The notes under the pieces: model-generated
Database searches by the model: none
Told to the model about the DNA's origin: nothing
Seen by the model: only the letters and a program-made list of their open reading frames with translations
Translations under genes and position numbers: made by a program
Assembly: GCA_964016885.1 (NCBI GenBank)
Contig: CAXHJY010000096.1
Location: 1,674,001 to 1,738,000 of the forward strand
Origin: Eledone cirrhosa
Taxonomy: Eukaryota
Direction of reading: 5' to 3'
DNA: 64,000 nucleotides
Shown here: in pieces, positions 9,101-23,100 of the stretch
Numbering within the stretch: the first letter of the stretch is position 1
Layout: every line of letters starts with the position of its first letter

Positions 9101-12100
9101 CAGGGGTAGATAATTTGTAAAAAAAAATCAGGGGGAGATAATTTGTAAAAAAAATGAAGGGGAGATAATTTCCAGCCGTCCAAGGGGAGATAATTTTCAG
9201 CCGTCCAAGGGGAGATAATTTCCCGCCAGCCAAGGGAAGATAATATTCAAAAAAATCAGGCGGAGATAATTTGTAAAAAAATCAGGGGGAGATAATTTGT
9301 AAAAAAAAAAATCAGGGGGAGATAATTTTTAAAAAAAATCAGGGGGAGATAATTTGTAAAAAAAAATCAGGGGTAGATAATTTGTAAAAAAAAATCAGGG
9401 GGAGATAATTTGTAAAAAAAAATCAGGGGGAGATAACTTGTAAAAAAAATGAAAGGGGAGATAATATCCAGCCGTCCAAGGGGAGATAATTTCCAGCCGT
9501 CCAAGGGGAGATAATTTCCAGCCGTCCAAGGGGAGATAATTTCCATCCTTCCAAGGGGATATAATTTCCAGCCGTCCAAGGGGAGATAATTTCCATCCTT
9601 CCAAGGGGATATAATTTCCAGCCGTCCAAGGGGAGATAATTTTCAGCCGTCCAAGGAGAGGTAATTTCTAGCCGTCCAAGGAGAGATAATTTCCAGCCGT
9701 CCAAGGGGAGATAATTTCCAGCCGTCCAAGGGGAGATAATTTCCAGCCGTCCAAGGAGACATATTTTCCAGCCGTCCAAGGAGAGGTAATTCCTAGCTGT
9801 CCAAGGGGAGATAAATTCCAGCCTCCAAGGGGAGATAATTTCCAGCCAGCCAAGGGGAGATAATTTGTAAAAAAAATCAGGGGGAGATAATTTGTAAAAA
9901 AAATCAGGGGGAGATAATTTGTAAAAAAAAATCAGGGGGAGATAATTTGTAAAAAATAATCAGGGGGAGATAATTTGTAAAAAAAATCAAGGGGAGATAA
10001 TTTCCAGCCGTCCAAGGGGAGATAATTTTCAGCCGTCCAAGGGGAGATAATTTCCCGCCAGCCAAGGGAAGATAATATTTAAAAAAATTAGGCGGAGATA
10101 ATTTGTAAAAAAAATCAGGGGGAGATAATTTGTAAAAAAATCAGGGGGAGATAATTTGTAAAAAAAATCAGGGGGAGATAATTTGTAAAAAAAATCAGGG
10201 GGAGATAATTTGTAAAAAAAAATCAGGGGGAGATAATTTGTAAAAAAAATCAAGGGGAGATAATTTCCAGCCGTCCAAGGGAAGATAATTTCCAGCCCTC
10301 CAAGGGGCTATAATTTCCAGCGTCCAAGGGGAGATAATTTCCAGCCAGCGAAGGGGAGATAATTTTTTTTAAAAAATCATTGGGAGATTTGTAAAAAAAA
10401 TCAGGGGGAGATAATTTGTAAAAAAAATCAAGGGGAGATAATTTCCAGCCGTCCAAGGGGAGGTAATATCTAGCCGTCCAAGGGGAGATAATTTCCAGCC
10501 GTCCAAGGGGAGATAATTTCCAGCCGTCCAAGGGTAGATAATATCCAGCCGTCCAAGGACATATTTTCCAGCCGTCCAAGGAGAGGTAATTTCTAGCCGT
10601 CCAAGGGGAGATAAATTCCAGCCTCCAAGGTGAGATAATTTCCAGCCAGCCAAGGGGAGATAATTTGTAAAAAAATCAGGGGGAGATAATTTGTAAAAAA
10701 AATCAGGGGGAGATAATTTGTAAAAAAAAATCAGGGGGAGATAATTTGTAAAAAAAATCAGGGGGAGATAATTTGTAAAAAAAAATCAGGGGGAGATAAT
10801 TTGTAAAAAAAATCAAGGGGAGATAATTTCCAGCCGTCCAAGGGGAGATAATTTCCCGCCAGCCAAAGGAAGATAATATTAAAAAAAATCAGGCGGAGAT
10901 AATTTGTAAAAAAAAATCAGGGGTAGATAAATTGTAAAAAAAAATCAGGGGGAGATAATTTGTAAAAAAAATCAGGGGGAGATAATTTGTAAAAAAAATG
11001 AAAGGGGAGATAATATCCAGCCGTCCAAGGGGAGATAATTTCCAGCCGTCCAAGGGGAGATAATTTCCATCCTTCCAAGGGGATATAATTTCCAGCCGTC
11101 CAAGGGGAGATAATTTCCCGCCTGCCAAGGGAAGATAATTTTAAAAAAAATCAGGCGGAGATTGTAAAAAAAATCAGGGGGGAGATAATTTGTAAAAAAA
11201 TCAGGGGGAGATAATTTGTAAAAAAAAATCAGGGGGAGATAATTTGTAAAAAATAATCAGGGGGAGATAATTTGTAAAAAAAAATCAAGGGGAGATAATT
11301 TCCAGCCGTCCAAGGGGAGATAATTTCCCGCCAGCCAAGGGAAGATAATATTTAAAAAAATTAGGCGGAGATAATTTGTAAAAAAAATCAGGGGGAGATA
11401 ATTTGTAAAAAAATCAGGGGGAGATAATTTGTAAAAAAAATCAGGATGAGATAATTTGTAAAAAAAATCATGGGGAGATAATTTGTAAAAAAAAATCAGG
11501 GGTAGATAATTTGTAAAAAAAAATCAGGGGGAGATAATTTGTAAAAAAAAATCAGGGGGAGATAATTTGTAAAAAAAATCAAGGGGAGATAATTTCCAGC
11601 CGTCCAAGGGGAGATAATTTTCAGCTGTCCAAGGAGAGGTAATTTCTAGCCGTCCAAGGGGAGATAATTTCCATCCTTCCAAGGGGATATAATTTCCAGC
11701 CGTCCAAGGGGAGATAATTTCCCGCCAGCCAAGGGAAGATAATTTTTAAAAAAATCAGGCGGAGATTGTAAAAAAAATCAGGGGGGAGATAATTTGTAAA
11801 AAAATCAGGAGGAGATAATTTGTAAAAAATAATCAGGGGGAGATAATTTGTAAAAAAATTCAAGGGGAGATAATTTCCAGCCGTCCAAGGGGAGATAATT
11901 TCCCGCCAGCCAAGGGAAGATAATATTTAAAAAAATTAGGCGGAGATAATTTGTAAATAAAATCAGGGGGAGATAATTTGTAAAAAAATCAGGGGGAGAT
12001 AATTTGTAAAAAAAATCAGGGGGAGATAATTTGTAAAAAAAATCATGGGGAGATAATTTGTAAAAAAAAATCAGGGGTAGATAATTTGTAAAAAAAAATC

Positions 12101-15100
12101 AGGGGGAGATAATTTGTAAAAAAAAATCAGGGGGAAATAATTTGTAAAAAAAATCAAGGGGAGATAATATCCAGCCGTCCAAGGAGAGATAATTTTAAAA
12201 AAAAATGAGGCGGAGATAATTTGTAAAAAAAAAATCAGGGGGAGTTAATTTGTAAAAAAAAATGAGGGGGAGATAATTTGTAAAAAAAATCAAGGGGAGA
12301 TAATTTCCAGCCGTCCAAGGGGAGATAATTTTCAGCCGTCCAAGGAGAGGTAATTTCTAGCCGTCCAAGGGGAGATAATTTCCAGCCGTCCAAGGGGAGG
12401 TAATTTCCAGCCGTCCAAGGGGAGATAAATTAAAAAAAAAATCAGGCGGAGATAATTTGTAAAAAAAATCAAGGGGAGATAATTTGCAGCCGTCCAATGG
12501 GAGATAATTTTCAGTCGTCCAAGGAGAGGTAATTTCTAGCCGTCCAAGGGGAGATAATTTCCAGCCGTCCAAGGGGAGATAATTTCCAGCCGTCCAAGGG
12601 GAGATAATTTTTTTTTAAAAATCAGGCGGAGATAATTTGTAAAAAAAATCAGGGGGAGATAATTTGTAAACAAAATCAGGGGGAGATAATTTGTAAAAAA
12701 AAATCAGGGGGAGATAATTTGTAAAAAAAATTAGGCGTAGATAATTTGTAAAAAAAAATCAGGGGGAGATAATTTGTAAAAAAAAATCAGGGGGAGATAA
12801 TTTGTTTAAAAAATCAAGGGGAGATAATTTGCAGCCGTCCAAGGGGAGATAATTTTCAGCCGTCCAAGGAGAGGTAATTTCTAGCCGTTCAAGGGGAGAT
12901 AATTTCCAGCCGTCCAAGGGGAGATAATTTCCAGCCGTCCAAGGGGAGATAATTTTTTTTAAAAAATCAGGCGGAGATAATTTGTAAAAAAAAATCAGGG
13001 GGAGATAATTCGTAAAAAAAAATCAGGGGGAGATAATTTGTAAAAAAAATCAGGGGGAGATAATTTGTAAAAAAAATCAAGGGGAGATAATTTCCAGCCG
13101 TCCAAGGGGAGGTAATATCTAGCCGTCCAAGGGGAGATAATTTCCAGCCGTCCAAGGGGAGATAATTTCCAGCCGTCCAAGGGGAGATAATTTCCAGCCG
13201 TCCAAGGAGACATATTTTCCAGCCGTCCAAGGCGAGGTAATTTCTAGCCGTCCAAGGGGAGATAAATTCCAGCCTCCAAGGGGAGATAATTTCCAGCCAG
13301 CCAAGGGGAGATAATTTGTAAAAAAATCAGGGGGAGATAATTTGTAAAAAATATCAGGGAGATAATTTGTAAAAAAAAATCAGGGGGAGATAATTTGTAA
13401 AAAAAATCAGGGGGAGATAATTTGTAAAAAAAAATCAGGGAGAGATAATTTGTAAAAAAAATCAAGGGGAGATAATTTCCAGCCGTCCAAGGGGAGATAA
13501 TTTTCAGCCGTCCAAGGAGAGGTAATTTCTAGCCGTCCGAGGAGAGATAATTTCCAGCCGTCCAAGGGGAGATAATTTCCAGCCGTCCAAGGGGAGATAA
13601 TTTCCAGCCGTCCAAGGAGACATATTTTCCAGCCGTCCAAGGAGAGGTAATTTCTAGCCGTCCAAGGGGAGATAAATTCCAGCCTCCAAGGGGAGATAAT
13701 TTCCAGCCAGCCAAGGGGAGATAATTTGTAAAAAAATCAGGGGGAGATAATTTGCAAAAAAAATCAGGGGGAGATAATTTGTAAAAAAATCAGGGGGAGA
13801 TAATTTGTAAAAAATAATCAGGGGGAGATAATTTCCAGCCGTCGAAGGGGAGATAATTTTAAAAAAAATCAGGCGGAGGTAATTTGTAAAAAAAAATCAG
13901 GGGGAGATAATTTGTAAAAAAAAATCAGGGGGAGATAATTTGTAAAATAAATCAAGGGGAGATAATTTCCAGCCGTCCAAGGGGAGATAATTTTCAGCCG
14001 TCCAAGGGGAGATAATTTCCCGCCAGCCAAGGGAAGATAATATTTAAAAAAATCAGGCGGAGATAATTTGTAAAAAAAATCAGGGGGAGATAATTTGTAA
14101 AAAAATCAGGGGGAGATAATTTGTAAAAAAAAATCAGGGGGCGATAATTTGTAAAAAAAATCAGGGGGAGATAATTTGTAAAAAAAAATCAGGGGGAGAT
14201 AATTTGTAAAAAAAAATCAGGGGGCGATAATTTGTAAAAAAAATCAGGGGTAGATAATTTTTTTTTCAAAATCATTGGGAGATTTGTAAAAAAAATCAGG
14301 GGGAGATAATTTGTAAAAAAAATCAAGGGGAGATAATTTCCAGCCGTCCAAGGGGAGGTAATATCTAGCCGTCCAAGGGGAGATAATTTCCAGCCGTCCA
14401 AGGGTAGATAATATCCAGCCGTCCAAGGACATATTTTCCAGCCGTCCAAGGAGAGGTAATTTCTAGCCGTCCAAGGGGAGATAAATTCCAGCCTCCAAGG
14501 GGAGATAATTTCCAGCCAGCCAAGGGGAGATAATTTGTAAAAAAATCAGGGGGAGATAATTTGTAAAAAAAATCAGGGGGAGATAATTTGTAAAAAAAAA
14601 TCAGGGGGAGATAATTTGTAAAAAAAAATCAGGGGGAGATAATTTGTAAAAAAAATCAGGGGGAGATAATTTGTAAAAAAAATCAAGGGGAGATCATTTC
14701 CAGCCGTCCAAGGGAGATAATTTTCAGCCGTCCAAGGGGAGATAATTTCCCGCCAGCCAAGGGAAGATAATATTTAAAAAAATCAGGCGGAGATAATTTG
14801 TAAAAAAAATCAGGGGGAGATAATTTGTAAAAAAATCAGGGGGAGATAATTTGTAAAAGAAAAATCAGGGGGAGATAATTTGTAAAAAAAATCAGGGGGA
14901 GATAATTTGTAAAAAAAAATCAGGGGTAGATAATTTGTAAAAAAAAATCAGGGGGAGATAATTTGTAAAAAAAATCAGAGGGAGATAATTTGTAAAAAAA
15001 ATGAAAGGGGAGATAATATCCAGCCGTCCAAGGGGAGATAATTTCCAGCCTTCCAAGGGGAGATAATTTCCAGCCGTCCAAGGGGAGATAATTTTCATCC

Positions 15101-17128
15101 TTCCAAGGGGATATAATTTCCAGCCGTCCAAGGGGAGATAATTTCCCGCCAGCCAAGGTAAGATAATTTTTAAAAAAATCAGGCGGAGATTGTAAAAAAA
15201 ATCAGGGGGGAGATAATTTGTAAAAAAATCAGGGGGAGATAATTTGTAAAAAAAAATCAGGGGGAGATAATTTGTAAAAAATAATCAGGGGGAGATAATT
15301 TGTAAAAAAAAATCAAGGGGAGATAATTTCCAGCCGTCCAAGGGGAGATAATTTCCCGCCAGCCAAGGGAAGATAATATTTAAAAAAATTAGGCGGAGAT
15401 AATTTGTAAAAAAAATCAGGGGGAGATAATTTGTAAAAAAATCAGGGGGAGATAATTTGTAAAAAAAATCAGGGGGAGATAATTTGTAAAAAAAATCATG
15501 GGGAGATAATTTGTAAAAAAAAATCAGGGGTAGATAATTTGTAAAAAAAAATCAGGGGGAGATAATTTGTAAAAAAAAATCAGGGGGAGATAATTTGTAA
15601 AAAAAATCAAGGGGAGATAATTTCCAGCCGTCCAAGGGGAGATAATTTTCAGCCGTCCAAGAAGAGGTAATTTCTAGCCGTCCAAGGGGAGATAATTTCC
15701 AGCCGTCCAAGGGGAGGTAATTTCCAGCCGTCCAAGGGGAGATAATTTTTAAAAAAAAATCAGGCGGAGATAATTTGTAAAAAAAATCAAGGGGAGATAC
15801 TTTGCAGCCGTCCAAGGGGAGATAATTTTCAGTCGTCCAAGGAGAGGTAATTTCTAGCCGTCCAAGGGGAGATAATTTCCAGCCGTCCAAGGGGAGATAA
15901 TTTCCAGCCGTCCAAGGGGAGATAATTTTTTTTTTAAAATCAGGCGGAGATAATTTGTAAAAAAAATCAGGGGGAGATAATTTGTAAACAAAATCAGGGG
16001 GAGATAATTTGTAAAAAAAAATCAGGGGGAGATAATTTGTAAAAAAAATCAAGGAGAGATAATTTCCAGCCGTCCAAGGGAAGATAATTTCCAGCCGTCC
16101 AAGGAGACATATTTTCCAGCCGTCCAAGGCGAGGTAATTTCTAGCCGTCCAAGGGGAGATAAATTCCAGCCTCCAAGGGGAGATAATTTCCAGCCAGCCA
16201 AGGGGAGATAATTTGTAAAAAAATCAGGGGGAGATAATTTGTAAAAAATATCAGGGAGATAATTTGTAAAAAAAAATCAGGGGGAGATAATTTGTAAAAA
16301 AAATCAGGGGGAGATAATTTGTAAAAAAAAATCAGGGGGAGATAATTTGTAAAAAAAATCAAGGGGAGATAATTTCCAGCCGTCCAAGGGGAGATAATTT
16401 TCAGCCGTCCAAGGAGAGGTAATTTCTAGCCGTCCGAGGAGAGATAATTTCCAGCCGTCCAAGGGGAGATAATTTCCAGCCGTCCAAGGGGAGATAATTT
16501 CCAGCCGTCCAAGGAGACATATTTTCCAGCCGTCCAAGGAGAGGTAATTTCTAGCCGTCCAAGGGGAGATAAATTCCAGCCTCCAAGGGGAGATAATTTC
16601 CAGCCAGCCAAGGGGAAATAATTTGTAAAAAAATCAGGGGGAGATAATTTGCAAAAAAAATCAGGGGGAGATAATTTGTAAAAAAAATCAGGGGGAGATA
16701 ATTTGTAAAAAATAATCAGGGGGAGATAATTTCCAGCCGTCCAAGGGGAGATAATTTTAAAAAAAATCAGGCGGAGATAATTTGTAAAAAAAAATCAGGG
16801 GGAGATAATTTGTAAAAAAAAATCAGGGGGAGATAATTTGTAAAAAAAATCAAGGGGAGATAATTTCCAGCCGTCCAAGGGGAGATAATTTTCAGCCGTC
16901 CAAGGGGAGATAATTTCCCGCCAGCCAAGGGAAGATAATATTTAAAAAAATCAGGGGGAGATAATTTGTAAAAAAAATCAGGGGGAGATAATTTGTAAAA
17001 AAAAATCAGGGGGAGATAATTTGTAAAAAAAAATCAGGGTGAGATAATTTGCAAAAAAAATCAGGGGGAGATAATTTGTAAAAAAAAATCAGGGGTAGAT
17101 AATTTGTAAAAAAAAATCAGGGGGAGAT

Positions 17129-20100
17129 AATTTGTAAAAAAAAATCAGGGGGAGATAATTTGTAAAAAAAATCAAGGGGAGATAATTTCCAGCCGTCCAA
17201 GGAGAGATAATTTAAAAAAAAATCAGGCGGAGATAATTTGTAAAAAAAAATCAGGGGGAGATAATTTGTAAAAAAAATCAGGGGGAGATAATTTGTAAAA
17301 AAAAATCAGGGGTAGATAATTTGTAAAAAAAAATCAGGGGGAGATAATTTGTAAAAAAAAATCAGGAGGAGATAATTTGTAAAAAAAATCAAGGGGAGAT
17401 AATTTCCAGCCGTCCAAGGAGAGATAATTTTAAAAAAAATCAGGCGGAGATAATTTTTAAAAAAAATCAGGGGGAGATAATTTGTAAAAAAAAATCAGGG
17501 GGAGATAATTTGTAAAAAAAATCAAGGGGAGATAATTTCCAGCCGTCCAAGGGGAGATAATTTTCAGCCGTCCAAGGGGAGATAATTTCCCGCCAGCCAA
17601 GGGAAGATAATATTCAAAAAAATCAGGCGGAGATAATTTGTAAAAAAAATCAGGGGGAGATAATTTGTAAAAAAATCAGGGGGAGATAATTTGTAAAAAA
17701 AAAAATCAGGGGGAGATAATTTGTAAAAAAAATCAGGGGGAGATAATTTGTAAAAAAAAATCAGGGGTAGATAATTTGTAAAAAAAAATCAGGGGGAGAT
17801 AATTTGTAAAAAAAAATCAGGGGGAGATAATTTGTAAAAAAAATGAAAGGGGAGATAATATCCAGCCGTCCAAGGGGAGATAATTTCCAGCCGTCCAAGG
17901 GGAGATAATTTCCAGCCGTCCAAGGGGAGATAATTTCCATCCTTCCAAGGGGATATAATTTCCAGCCGTCCAAGGGGAGATAATTTCCATCCTTCCAAGG
18001 GGATATAATTTCCAGCCGTCCAAGGGGAGATAATTTTCAGCCGTCCAAGGAGAGGTAATTTCTAGCCGTCCAAGGAGAGATAATTTCCAGCCGTCCAAGG
18101 GGAGATAATTTCCAGCCGTCCAAGGGGAGATCATTTCCAGCCGTCCAAGGAGACATATTTTCCAGCCGTCCAAGGAGAGGTAATTCCTAGCCGTCCAAGG
18201 GGAGATAAATTCCAGCCTCCAAGGGGAGATAATTTGTAAAAAAAATCAGGGGGAGATAATTTGTAAAAAAAATCAGGGGGAGATAATTTGTAAAAAAAAT
18301 CAGGGGGAGATAATTTGTAAAAAAAAATCAGGGGTAGATAATTTGTAAAAAATAATCAGGGGGAGATAATTTGTAAAAAAAATCAAGGGGAGATAATTTC
18401 CAGCCGTCCAAGGGGAGATAATTTTCAGCCGTCCAAGGGGAGATAATTTCCCGCCAGCCAAGGGAAGATAATATTTAAAAAAATTAGGCGGAGATAATTT
18501 GTAAAAAAAATCAGGGGGAGATAATTTGTAAAAAAAATCAGGGGGAGATAATTTGTAAAAAAAATCAGGGGGAGATAATTTGTAAAAAAAATCAGGGGGA
18601 GATAATTTGTAAAAAAAATCAAGGGGAGATAATTTCCAGCCGTCCAAGGGAAGATAATTTCCAGCCCTCCAAGGGGCTATAATTTCCAGCGTCCAAGGGG
18701 AGATAATTTCCAGCCAGCGAAGGGGAGATAATTTTTTTTAAAAAATCATTGGGAGATTTGTAAAAAAAATCAGGGGGAGATAATTTGTAAAAAAAATCAA
18801 GGGGAGATAATTTCCAGCCGTCCAAGGGGAGGTAATATCTAGCCGTCCAAGGGGAGATAATTTCCAGCCGTCCAAGGGGAGATAATTTCCAGCCGTCCAA
18901 GGGTAGATAATATCCAGCCGTCCAAGGACATATTTTCCAGCCGTCCAAGGAGAGGTAATTTCTAGCCGTCCAAGGGGAGATAAATTCCAGCCTCCAAGGT
19001 GAGATAATTTCCAGCCAGCCAAGGGGAGATAATTTGTAAAAAAATCAGGGGGAGATAATTTGTAAAAAAAATCAGGGGGAGATAATTTGTAAAAAAAAAT
19101 CAGGGGGAGATAATTTGTAAAAAAAAATCAGGGGGAGATAATTTGTAAAAAAAAATCAGGGGGAGATAATTTGTAAAAAAATCAAGGGGAGATAATTTCC
19201 AGCCGTCCAAGGGGAGATAATTTTCAGCCGTCCAAGGGGAGATAATTTCCCGCCAGCCAAGGGAAGATAATATTTGAAAAAATCAGGCGGAGATAATTTG
19301 TAAAAAAAATCAGGGGGAGATAATTTCCAGCCGTCCAAGGGGAGGTAATATCTAGCCGTCCAAGGGGAGATAATTTCCAGCCGTCCAACGGGAGATAATT
19401 TCCAGCCGTCCATGGGTAGATAATATCCAGCCGCCCAAGGACATATTTTCCAGCCGTCCAAGGAGAGGTAATTTCTAGCCGTCCAAGGGGAGATAATTAC
19501 AGCCGTCCAAGGGTAGATAATATCCAGCCGTCCAAGGACATATTTTCCAGCCGTCCAAGGAGAGATAATTTCTAGCCGTCCAAGGGGAGATAAATTCCAG
19601 CCTCCAAGGGGAGATAATTTCCAGCCAGCCAAGGGGAGATAATTTGTAAAAAAATCAGGGGGAGATAATTTGTAAAAAAAATCAGGGGGAGATAATTTGT
19701 AAAAAAAAATCAGGGGGAGATAATTTGCAAAAAAAATCAGGGGGAGATAATTTGTAAAAAAAAATCAGGGGTAGATAATTTGTAAAAAAAAATCAGGGGG
19801 AGATAATTTGTAAAAAAAAATCAGGGGGAGATAATTTGTAAAAAAAATCAAGGGGAGATAATTTCCAGCCGTCCAAGGGAAGATAATTTCCAGCCCTCCA
19901 AGGGGCTATAATTTCCAGCGTCCAAGGGGTGATAATTTCCAGCCAGCGAAGGGGAGATAATTTTTTTTAAAAAATCATTGGGAGATTTGTAAAAAAAATC
20001 AGGGGGAGATAATTTGTAAAAAAAATCAAGGGGAGATAATTTCCAGCCGTCCAAGGGGAGGTAATATCTAGCCGTCCAAGGGGAGATAATTTCCAGCCGT

Positions 20101-23100
20101 CCAACGGGAGATAATTTCCAGCCGTCCATGGGTAGATAATATCCAGCCGCCCAAGGACATATTTTCCAGCCGTCCAAGGAGAGGTAATTTCTAGCCGTCC
20201 AAGGGGAGATAATTTCCAGCCGTCCAAGGGTAGATAATATCCAGCCGTCCAAGGACATATTTTCCAGCCGTCCAAGGAGAGGTAATTTCTAGCCGTCCAA
20301 GGGGAGATAAATTCCAGCCTCCAAGGGGAGATAATTTCCAGCCAGCCAAGGGGAGATAATTTGTAAAAAAATCAGGGGGAGATAATTTGTAAAAAAAATC
20401 AGGGGGAGATAATTTGTAAAAAAAAATCAGGGGGAGATAATTTGTAAAAAAAAATCAGGGGGAGATAATTTGCAAAAAAAATCAGGGGGAGATAATTTGT
20501 AAAAAAAATCAGGGGTAGATAATTTGTAAAAAAAAATCAGGGGGAGATAATTTGTAAAAAAAAATCAGGGGGAGATAATTTGTAAAAAAAATCAAGGGGA
20601 GATAATTTCCAGCCGTCCAAGGAGAGATAATTTTAAAAAAAATCAGGCGGAGATAATTTGTAAAAAAAAATCAGGGGGAGATAATTTGTAAAAAAAATCA
20701 GGGGGAGATAATTTGTAAAAAAAAATCAGGGGTAGATAATTTGTAAAAAAAAATCAGGGGGAGATAATTTGTAAAAAAAAATCAGGTGGAGATAATTTGT
20801 AAAAAAAATCAAGGGGAGATAATTTCCAGCCATCCAAGGAGAGATAATTTAAAAAAAAATCAGGGGGAGATAATTTCCAGCCGTCCAAGGAGAGATAATT
20901 TTAAAAAAAATCAGGCGGAGATAATTTGTAAAAAAAAATCAGGGGGAGATAATTTGTAAAAAAAATCAGGGGGAGATAATTTGTAAAAAAAAATCAGGGG
21001 TAGATAATTTGTAAAAAAAAATCAGGGGGAGATAATTTGTAAAAAAAAATCAGGGGGAGATAATTTGTAAAAAAAATCAAGGGGAGATAATTTCCAGCCG
21101 TCCAAGGGAAGATAATTTCCAGCCCTCCAAGGGGCTATAATTTCCAGCGTCCAAGGGGTGATAATTTCCAGCCAGCGAAGGGGAGATAATTTTTTTTAAA
21201 AAATCATTGGGAGATTTGTAAAAAAAATCAGGGGGAGATAATTTGTAAAAAAAATCAAGGGGAGATAATTTCCAGCCGTCCAAGGGGAGGTAATATCTAG
21301 CCGTCCAAGGGGAGATAATTTCCAGCCGTCCAACGGGAGATAATTTCCAGCCGTCCATGGGTAGATAATATCCAGCCGCCCAAGGACATATTTTCCAGCC
21401 GTCCAAGGAGAGGTAATTTCTAGCCGTCCAAGGGGAGATAATTTCCAGCCGTCCAAGGGTAGATAATATCCAGCCGTCCAAGGACATATTTTCCAGCCGT
21501 CCAAGGAGAGGTAATTTCTAGCCGTCCAAGGGGAGATAAATTCCAGCCTCCAAGGGGAGATAATTTCCAGCCAGCCAAGGGGAGATAATTTGTAAAAAAA
21601 TCAGGGGGAGATAATTTGTAAAAAAAATCAGGGGGAGATAATTTGTAAAAAAAAATCAGGGGGAGATAATTTGTAAAAAAAAATCAGGGGGAGATAATTT
21701 GCAAAAAAAATCAGGGGGAGATAATTTGTAAAAAAAATCAGGGGTAGATAATTTGTAAAAAAAAATCAGGGGGAGATAATTTGTAAAAAAAAATCAGGGG
21801 GAGATAATTTGTAAAAAAAATCAAGGGGAGATAATTTCCAGCCGTCCAAGGAGAGATAATTTAAAAAAAAATCAGGCGGAGATAATTTGTAAAAAAAAAT
21901 CAGGGGGAGATAATTTGTAAAAAAAATCAGGGGGAGATAATTTGTAAAAAAAAATCAGGGGTAGATAATTTGTAAAAAAAAATCAGGGGGAGATAATTTG
22001 TAAAAAAAAATCAGGGGGAGATAATTTGTAAAAAAAATCAAGGGGAGATAATTTCCAGCCATCCAAGGAGAGATAATTTAAAAAAAAATCAGGGGGAGAT
22101 AATTTGTAAAAAAAATCAAGGGGAGATAATTTCCAGCCGTCCAAGGGGAGATAATTTTCAGCCGTCCAAGGGGAGATAATTTCCCGCCAGCCAAGGGAAG
22201 ATAATATTCAAAAAAATCAGGCGGAGATAATTTGTAAAAAAAATCAGGGGGAGATAATTTGTAAAAAAATCAGGGGGAGATAATTTGTAAAAAAAAAAAT
22301 CAGGGGGAGATAATTTGTAAAAAAAATCAGGGGGAGATAATTTGTAAAAAAAAATCAGGGGTAGATAATTTGTAAAAAAAAATCAGGGGGAGATAATTTG
22401 TAAAAAAAAATCAAGGGGAGATAATTTGTAAAAAAAATGAAAGGGGAGATAATATCCAGCCGTCCAAGGGGAGATAATTTCCAGCCGTCCAAGGGGAGAT
22501 AATTTCCAGCCGTCCAAGGGGAGATAATTTCCATCCTTCCAAGGGGATATAATTTCCAGCCGTCCAAGGGGAGATAATTTCCATCCTTCCAAGGGGATAT
22601 AATTTCCAGCCGTCCAAGGGGAGATAATTTTCAGCCGTCCAAGTAGAGGTAATTTCTAGCCGTCCAAGGAGAGATAATTTCCAGCCGTCCAAGGGGAGAT
22701 AATTTCCAGCCGTCCAAGGGGAGATAATTTCCAGCCGTCCAAGGAGAGGTAATTCCTAGCCGTCCAAGGGGAGATAAATTCCAGCCTCCAAGGGGAGATA
22801 ATTTGTAAAGAAATCAGGGGGAGATAATTTGTAAAAAAAATCAGGGGGAGATAATTTGTAAAAAAAATCAGGGGGAGATAATTTGTAAAAAAAAATCAGG
22901 GGGAGATAATTTGTAAAAAAAATCAAGGGGAGATAATTTCCAGCCGTCCAAGGGAAGATAATTTCCAGCCCTCCAAGGGGCTATAATTTCCAGCGTCCAA
23001 GGGGAGATAATTTCCAGCCAGCGAAGGGGAGATAATTTTTTTAAAAAAATCATTGGGAGATTTGTAAAAAAATCAGGGGGAGATAATTTGTAAAAAAAAT

